DNA from: Rebecca billardiae RCC1528
Lineage: Eukaryota; Protista; Haptophyta
Direction: 5' to 3'
DNA length: 64,000 bases
Assembly: GCA_965240325.2 (NCBI GenBank)
Contig: OZ251239.1
Span: 1,602,845-1,666,844 of the forward strand
Shown here: positions 56,361-64,000 of the stretch, piece by piece
How the letters are laid out: each line of letters begins with the position of its first letter
Numbering within the stretch: the first letter of the stretch is position 1
Position numbers and translations under genes: made by a program
The notes under the pieces: model-generated
Seen by the model: the letters and a program-made list of their open reading frames with translations, nothing else
Told to the model about the DNA's origin: nothing
Database searches by the model: none

Positions 56361-56915
56361 GATGTGCATGGTCAGGGTCCTCCTCAACTACTGCATGTCG
56401 GCGTACTGCGTGCGCGCGCGGCGCGCTGTTATTTACCGATGCATCACTTGGTGCTGGAAACATAGGCCACACACGCGCACTTGGAAGTGATCAAGTTTTG
56501 CTACTTATTCGCAAAACAGATTTTAGATACGCGAATAAGTTGGATACTCGGAGCCGCCAGGCGCGCGCGCGGCGCCGTATATTTATTCGAACGAGACGTC
56601 GACGGCCCTTGCCCGAGCGTAGTAGCGAGTAGCGACTCAAGCGAGCGAGTCCCCACGGCTGCTCGCTCGCTCGTTCGCGTTCGTCGCTGCGGCGCCCTGG
56701 CCGGGGACGTGCGTGTCGGCGCCGCGTACGCCGCGGTGCGCGCGCGGTGGCGGGAGCCGGCCGGCCGCTGGTCTCCCCCTCGCGCTCTGCTCTCGCCCTC
56801 GCGCTCCGCTCCGACGGCTCTCCCCGAGGCGTCGCGCGCGTCTCGGTCCGCGGTCTCGCCTCAGAGTCTCGCCAGGCCGTGCCGACGGCGCGCACACAGC
56901 GCCCCGCTGCAAAGC

Positions 56916-58010
56916 ATGCGCGACGAGATCGCGGCGGGGGCGGCGAGATCGCGGCGGAGGCGGCGGTCAACAGCCTGCCCGCGGGCGCGTTCGTCGCTCG
57001 AGGAGGAGCGCGCAAGGGCGAGCCGAGTCCGGAGCACGCTCACGAGCTCGTTGGCGACGCCTTGAGGATCGGAGCGCGCCCGGAGCCACGCAGCGGAGAT
57101 GAGCCGGATGCGCCCGGAGTTCGCGCAGCTGAAGGGCGAGCTCGAGCACGCGAGCTCGCTCCTCGACGCCGAGCGCGAGCTCCTCCTCAACTCGGTCGAC
57201 GGCGGCGCTGAGGTGCAGCAGCGTGAGGACGAGCAGCGGACGGCCAGTGCCGAACGCTCGCATGAGACACTGCTGCCACGCGAGCGCGGCCTGAGCGCGA
57301 GGAGCTGCGAGGGGAATGCGCCGCGCGCGTCGACGCGGCGATCACCGGGCTGCAGGCCTCGGCCGTCGACGCGTTGCGCACCCTCGCCGCCAGCCGCGAC
57401 GAGTCCGCCGTCGAGCTGCAGCCGAGCTGCAGCCGAGCTGCGCGCGCACGGATGGGCGGCGTCACACAGACACTGATGCCAGAGACTAGAGTCTAGAGAG
57501 GCCGTGCTGCATGCCAGCACGTGTGCGCGGAGGCGCTGTGCGCCGAGCTGGCGAAGCGCGGCGCCGAGCTCGACGCGCTGCGCGACGCGGCGACGGACGC
57601 GCTGGGCGCGCGCGGCGCCCTCGTCGCGACGCCCCGTGCAGCAGCTCGAGCAGCCAGCTGTGGAGTAGACGGCAGTCGAGGCGATCGGCGCCGGTTGAGC
57701 GCGCACGGGCTCCGAGCCTGCCGCTGGCTGGCCGCCGCCGTCTTCGAGGCCGCCGACGCGGCGGAGGAGGCGGCGGGCGAGCACGGCTGCGCGGTGGAGC
57801 AGGCGCGCACGCGCGGCGGCAGGCGCGACGCCCCGCTCGCCTCGTTCCACCCCGAGCTCCCGCTCGGTCTCGGTGCGCGGCTGCGCAGCGGCAGGCAGGG
57901 GCAGCCGCGTGGCGCGCGCTCTCGCTCTGCCGGCACGAGGCGAGCCGGCTGAGCGACCAGCGGCCCGTCGTCGAGCGCATGGCGCAGCGCGAGCACCTCA
58001 AGCAGGTGCG
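56916..58010 (+). pseudogene. Frameshifted coiled-coil gene remnant in the subtelomere
   Basis: Helical protein-like blocks jump frames: SSLEEERARASRVR, FAQLKGELEHASSLLDAERE, CAELAKRGAELDALRD and ERMAQREHLKQ, the last followed by a CAG|GTGCGC donor. Confidence 0.4.
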
Positions 58011-60849
58011 CCCGCACGCGCGCACGCGCGGCCCGCGCCACGGCGGCCGCTTCCCCGCGCGGCCCGGGCGGCGCGTGGGCGTCGGCGACAGTGACTCGGC
58101 CCGCCGGCCCGGTGGGCGGCAACTGAGTTGGCGGTGGCAGCTCAGGCGAACTGTTACGCATGTCAGACTGACAGCAGCCGACGGAGGGTGCACCGCCGGC
58201 CCCTAACTGCGTTGGTTCTACGGAAGGACCGCGGAACGCGGTCATATCGTCGTCAATGCTGATGACTGATGACTACAATCGAGTACGAGTACTACTACAT
58301 ATCATCGTCGCGTATATAGGCGTTCGACGAGCCTGACGAGCGCGCATGCGAGGCGTGGAGCCCAGCGGGCTGCCCGCCGTCCGAGGGCGCACGCGACGAC
58401 CGCGAGCCCGCCTTGTGCCGCCGTGCGGCTGCGGCAGTGAGGCTAATGTGTCCGGAGCCGTGCCGTCTGCGCCGAGCGCGGGCCGCGTCGCGCTGCCAGC
58501 GGCGCGCTCGCGCCCCGCTCGGCTGGGCTCTGCGCAGCACACGGCCCCATTGCCGAGTTCAAGGCGTGGCGCCCCGCGGCATGCTCGAGCAGGCCCGCAC
58601 GGGCTGCCCGCGCCCCAGGCTCGCACCGACGCTCCATCGGGGGCAGCGCGCGCGGCCGCCACCGGCTGTTCCTCGCCTGCCTGCGCGGGTGAGATGGCGA
58701 CGCGTGGGGCGGTGCGAGCCAGCCCAGCGACCGCGGCGCATGCTGCTCGGCGGCGCGTGGCGCGAGCGCGTCGCGGCAGTGTCCAGCGCAACGCACCAGC
58801 CCAAACTGCCTCCGCCCCCGCGCCCCCATCTTCCACCTCGTCCGATCTGCCTCCGCTGCGCGCCATCACTGCCGCGAGCCGCCGACGCGCAGCTGCTGCA
58901 TGCCGCTGGTCGCGCACGCGCCTCACGTCGAAGGAGCGGCCGACCCTGGACGTGGCGCGTGCGCGTGCCGGTCGGTACGGGCCCACTCGAGCGCGGTCAG
59001 CGTGTCAGCAGTGGCGAGCAGGAGCCGCGCAGCCTTTGTGTTGGACGGCCGCGCGCGCGCCGCGGCCGAGCTCTGCGCGCAGACTTGGCAGCTGTTCGCG
59101 TGTTGCTGACGGGCACCACGCACTGCGCGGCGTCGTGCAAGCGACGGAAACGCGAGTGCATCCCCCCAGTACGCGCGCTCGACCGCTCGGCAGTGCACCC
59201 GCGCGGCCACGCGCGGCCGGCTGCGTTTGCGTGGCAGCGCTGCCGAGCGAGGGGCTGGCGGTGCGCTCGCGCCGCGATGGCCGCGCGTGGGACGTGGCCA
59301 GCTGGCCGAGGCGCGCGTGCTTTGACGGCGCGTGGATCCCCTCGCGCACCACTGCGCCGGCGTGCGCACGCACGCGACGCGCACGCCGCCTTTGGCGGAC
59401 GGCGGGGATGCAGTGCGGCCGCTGGTCTTTGAGGCCGGATTTGTCTCGCGATCGGTTGGTATTTGTTTCGCGACGTCACCGACGACCGTTGGTCGCGGCG
59501 GCGCGCGAATTCAGCATGGCCTCTCCCCACTGGGACGAGTCTGCATCCCGCGGCGCCGATGGGCGCGAGCCCGCGTCGGACGGGCTGTCGTGCGCCTGGA
59601 GGTACGTGCGTGGAGTGCCGTATCCGCCCCTGCGCCTGCACCAGCCCAAGGGTGCCCCCGCCCCCGCGCCCCCCCCCCCGTCTCACTCGTCGTCCGACCT
59701 GCCTCCGGCTAGCCCGCAGCGGGCTCTCCAACAGCTGCGCCCGGCGGTTCGGGCGGGGGATCCGCGATGCTGGGCGTCCACAGGCGAGCCATCGATGCAT
59801 CGTGAGCGTCGTCTCGTCGGCAGCCGTCACCCGCGCCCGCGCCCGCCGCCGCCATGTGGAGTCTCAGTCGCTGCTGCCTGCAGGTAGTGTGTCCCGCTGA
59901 CCACTCGGCAGCTGCCGCTGGCTTCTGCCTTTCTGGCTGGCTAGGTGTGCGGTTAGGCCAAGCGTGGCGCAGCACGGCATGATTGTGTGCTGGCAATCGG
60001 GCCACTTGGACTACGGCCGAATAGTGGTGGGTGAACGGGCCACGCCCGCGAGGGCATCCCCGCGTGCAGCAAGGGCGGCCCAGTCAGGGCTGGAGCGCGG
60101 CCGCGCCTGGCGACGCGTCACGGCTGCCGATAGCACGGCTCTTGCGCGGTGGAACGTGCGTGAGCCCCGCCGCGCGCGCTCCTGCGGCGCCGAGGCTGCC
60201 GCTCCGCGCCTGAGCAGATCGCGCGGCGCGCGCGGCGGCGCCTGCCGGGTGCTGCTGCAGTGGCAGCTACCGCCGAGCGCTGCTGGCTGGGCCGCGCCGG
60301 AGAGGCGGGCCGCGCGGCCGGGCGCTGCGGATGTGGAGCGCAGCAGCCGGCCCAGCGCCTCGCACCGATCGATGCTGCCCCCGCCCCGGCCCCCCATCTT
60401 ACCCTCCATCAAGCCTGCGCCTGGTGGGCCGCGTAGTGAGCGCGGCAAGCAGCAGGGCGCTCCTCATCGCGCGCGAGCCCCCGCACATCTGCGCACGGCA
60501 GTCCCACTGCGGTGCGGCTGGGCGCGCGCGCGCCTCGCGTCGATGGAGCGGGCGCGCCTTGCCGCGGCGGCCGAGACGAGCACTGCCGAAGCACTGTCGA
60601 GCGCGATCATCGCGGCGGCGAGCAGCGGTCGTGGCTGGCGCAACGCACCGGCCCAGCCCGCCGCCCCGCCCCCGCCCCCCATCCTTCACCTAGTCCGAGC
60701 TGCCTCTGGTGCGCGCCATCACGGCTGCGCTGCGCACGCCCGCACACGCGCCTCGCTTCGAGGGAGCGGCCGTCCCTTGCCGTGGGGCGTCCCGGTCGAG
60801 ACGAGCGCACACTCCGGCGCCCATGATCACCGCGGGTCGGCGGTGGCGA

Positions 60850-62260
60850 ACTCGGATTTTTAACCGCCAGCCAGGCGGGCCGCCGCAGGCGCGGTGCGGC
60901 GCGCGCGCCGGCTGAATGCGAATGAATAATGGCCTGCGCCCGCGCGCGCTGCCGAGGACACCCCCTGGGCCGATATCACGCGAGAGGGCAGCGGATTATT
61001 CATCCGTCCACGCCGGGTGCGACGCACTGCTCGAAAATCGAAGGTTTAACCGCCAGGCGGGCCGCCGCAGGCGCGGTGCGGCGCGCGCGCCGGCTGAATA
61101 CAAATGAATAATGGCCTGCGCCCGCGCGCGCTGCCGAGGGCACCCCCTGGGCTGATATCACGCGAGAGGGCAGCGCATTATTCATCCGTCCACGCCGGGT
61201 GCGACGCCCACCTCGAAAATCGGACTTTTAACCGCCAGGCGAGCCGCCGCCGGCGCGGTGCGGCGCGCGCGCCGGCTGAATGCGAATGAATAATGGCCTG
61301 CGCCCGCGCGCGCTGCCGAGGGCACCCCCTGGGCTGATATCACGCGAGAGGGCAGCGCATTATTCATCCGTCCACGCCAGGTGCGACGCCAACCTCGAAA
61401 ATCGGACTTTCAACCGCCAGGCGGGCCGCCGCCGGCGCGGTGCGGCGCGCGCGCCGGCCGAATGCAAATGAATAATGCCCTGCCCCCACGCGCGCTGCCG
61501 AGGGCATCCCCTGGGCCGACATCACGCGAGAGGGCAGCGCATTATTCATCCGTCCACGCCGGGTGCGACGCCCACCTCGAAAATCGGACTTTTAACCGCC
61601 AGGCGGGCCGCCGCAGGCGCGGTGCGGCGCGCGCGCCGGCTGAATACGAATGAATAATGGCCTGCGCCCGCGCGCGCTGCCGAGGGCACCCCCTGGGTTG
61701 ATATCACGCGAGAGGGCAGCGCATTATTCATCCGTCCACGCCGGGTGCGACGCACTGCTCGAAAATCGGATTTTGAACCGCCAGCCAGGCGGGCCGCCGC
61801 AGGCGCGGTGCGGCGCGCGCGCCGGCTGAATGCGAATGAATAATGGCCTGCGCCCGCGCGCGCTGCCGAGGGCACCCCCTGGGTTGATATCACGCGAGAG
61901 GGCAGCGCATTATTCATCCGTCCACGCCGGGTGCGACGCACTGCTCGAAAATCGGATTTTGAACCGCCAGGCTGGGCGCCGCCGACCAGCCGTGGTGCTG
62001 CGCGCCGGCTGAATACGAATGAATAATGGCCTGCGCCCGCGCGCGCTGCCGAGGGCACCCCCTGGGCTGATATCACGCGAGAGGGCAGCGCATTATTCAT
62101 CCGTCCACGCCAGGTGCGACGCCAACCTCGAAAATCGGACTTTCAACCGCCAGGCGGGCCGCCGCCGGCGCGGTGCGGCGCGCGCGCCGGCCGAATGCAA
62201 ATGAATAATGCCCTGCCCCCGCGCGCGCTGCCGAGGGCATCCCCTGGGCCGACATCACGC
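60850..62260. repeat. Subtelomeric satellite, 182-186 bp unit, about 7.7 copies
   Basis: The anchor (t/c)gaat...aatgaataatg starts at 60913, 61095, 61277, 61459, 61641, 61827, 62010 and 62192. Confidence 0.97.
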
Positions 62261-62284
62261 TAGGTTTAGGGGTTAGAAGTATGT

Positions 62285-62397
62285 TTTCTCGAGATTGACC
62301 GAGCCGAATCCTCTCAAAATTGGAGGGCCTCTAGCCCTTCCCATTTCCATGGCAGAGCCCAAGTCTCGTTGAAATCGGTTCGGTCAATCTCGAGAAA
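62285..62397. other. Hairpin spacer with a 23-bp inverted repeat
   Basis: tttctcgagattgaccgagccga (62285-62307) pairs with tcggttcggtcaatctcgagaaa (62375-62397) with one mismatch. Confidence 0.9.
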
Positions 62398-62418
62398 TTC
62401 CCATTTTAGTACCGGCGA

Positions 62419-63070
62419 CCCTAACCACGACCCTAACCCTAACCCTTACCACGACCCTAACCCTAACCCTTACCACGACCCTAACCCTAACCCTTACCAC
62501 GACCCTAACCCTTACCTGCGCCCTAACCCTTACCTGCGCCCTAACCCTTACCTGCGCCCTAACCCTTACCTGCGCCCTAACCCTTACCTGCGCCCTAACC
62601 CTTACCTGCGCCCTAACCCTTACCACGACCCTAACCCTTACCTGCGCCCTAACCCTTACCTGCGCCCTAACCCTTACCTGCGCCCTAACCCTTACCACGA
62701 CCCTAACCCTTACCTGCGCCCTAACCCTTACCTGCGCCCTAACCCTTACCTGCGCCCTAACCCTTACCACGACCCTAACCCTTACCTGCGCCCTAACCCT
62801 TACCACGACCCTAACCCTTACCTGCGCCCTAACCCTTACCTGCGCCCTAACCCTTACCTGCGCCCTAACCCTTACCTGCGCCCTAACCCTTACCTGCGCC
62901 CTAACCCTTACCTGCGCCCTAACCCTTACCTGCGCCCTAACCCTTACCTGCGCCCTAACCCTTACCTGCGCCCTAACCCTTACCTGCGCCCTAACCCTTA
63001 CCTGCGCCCTAACCCTTACCTGCGCCCTAACCCTTACCTGCGCCCTAACCCTTACCTGCGCCCTAACCCT
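62419..63070 (-). repeat. Inverted variant-telomere array of 18/24-bp units built from CCCTAA, CCCTTA and CCTGCG or CCACGA
   Basis: Read directly: (ccctaacccttacctgcg)n with interspersed ccacga units. The C-rich strand is on +, opposite to the terminal telomere. Confidence 0.97.
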
Positions 63071-63258
63071 TAGGGTTAGGGTTAGGGTTAGGGTTAGGGT
63101 TATAGGGTTAGGGTTAGGGTTAGGGTTAGGGTTAGGGTTAGGGTTAGGGTTAGGGTTAGGGTTAGGGTTAGGGTTAGGGTTAGGGTTAGGGTTAGGGTTA
63201 GGGTTAGGGGTTAGGGTTAGGGTTAGGGTTAGGGTTAGGGTTAGGGTTAGGGTTAGGG

Positions 63259-63299
<41 letters not shown>

Positions 63300-64000
63300 G
63301 GTTAGGGTTAGGGTTAGGGTTAGGGTTAGGGTTAGGGTTAGGGTTAGGGTTAGGGTTAGGGTTAGGGTTAGGGTTAGGGTTAGGGTTAGGGTTAGGGTTA
63401 GGGTTAGGGTTAGGGTTAGGGTTAGGGTTAGGGTTAGGGTTAGGGTTAGGGTTAGGGGTTAGGGTTAGGGTTAGGGTTAGGGTTAGGGTTAGGGTTAGGG
63501 TTAGGGTTAGGGTTAGGGTTAGGGTTAGGGTTAGGGGTTAGGGTTAGGGTTAGGGTTAGGGTTAGGGTTAGGGTTAGGGTTAGGGTTAGGGGTTAGGGTT
63601 AGGGTTAGGGTTAGGGTTAGGGTTAGGGTTAGGGTTAGGGTTAGGGTTTAGGGGTTAGGGTTAGGGTTAGGGTTAGGGTTAGGGTTAGGGTTAGGGTTAG
63701 GGTTAGGGTTAGGGTTAGGGTTAGGGTTAGGGTTAGGGTTAGGGTTAGGGTTAGGGTTAGGGTTAGGGTTAGGGTTAGGGTTAGGGTTAGGGTTAGGGTT
63801 AGGGTTAGGGTTAGGGTTAGGGTTAGGGTTAGGGTTAGGGTTAGGGTTAGGGTTAGGGTTAGGGTTAGGGTTAGGGTTAGGGTTAGGGTTAGGGTTAGGG
63901 TTAGGGTTAGGGTTAGGGTTAGGGTTAGGGTTAGGGTTAGGGGTTAGGGTTAGGGTTAGGGTTAGGGTTAGGGTTAGGGTTAGGGTTAGGGTTAGGGTTA
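63070..64000 (+). repeat. Terminal telomere (TTAGGG)n, about 150 units
   Basis: Continuous TTAGGG to the end of the window, with occasional TTAGGGG/TTTAGGG variants. Confidence 0.99.

Noticed and set aside
58200-60850. ORFs 58346..59887 and 59964..60863
   Set aside because: Composition is typical of non-coding GC-rich DNA, with no domain signatures such as RT or helicase.
60850-62260. CRISPR-like array or hammerhead-ribozyme satellite
   Set aside because: Units repeat along their full length with no unique spacers and no cas genes. No CUGANGA...GAAA core was found on either strand.
62369-63073. ORF encoding (PNPYLR)n and its antisense (VRVRAQ)n
   Set aside because: By-product of a stop-free 18-bp repeat; non-ATG start and no coding context.
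63070-64000. TTAGGGG/TTTAGGG variants as a telomerase signature
   Set aside because: Indistinguishable from homopolymer errors at a low-coverage contig end.

Overview
This is the right-hand end of a very GC-rich eukaryotic chromosome. The extreme GC content, short GTGCGC...GCGCAG introns, TTAGGG telomere and bipartite plastid-targeting leaders suggest a haptophyte alga, possibly Pavlovales (inference). The window holds about 17 compact genes, often in head-to-head pairs: RPLP0, dyskerin/Cbf5, a six-repeat EsV-1-7-like Cys/His protein, a MIC12-like small protein, an SLC5A7-like choline symporter, catalytically degenerate PMI and LMW-PTP homologues, two very large coiled-coil or IQ/WW proteins, an MFS transporter, an ABCF ATPase with a W2-like tail, a TQY-type MAPK, LysA, two tandem HEPN (DUF4145-like) paralogues, an LCM-family methyltransferase and a hybrid histidine kinase. 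Degenerate, TE-like DNA lies between some genes and distal to them. The end is layered: a 182-bp palindromic satellite, a short G-strand telomere remnant, a hairpin spacer, an INVERTED variant-telomere array, then the terminal (TTAGGG)n. Best candidates for new biology: (1) the HEPN pair, both with an intact RxxxxH motif, one CaaX-tailed and one with a transmembrane anchor; (2) the inverted fold-back telomere junction; (3) the ABCF-W2 fusion; (4) the EsV-1-7 repeat protein with hypervariable positions. All family calls come from motifs recognised by eye; no searches were run.
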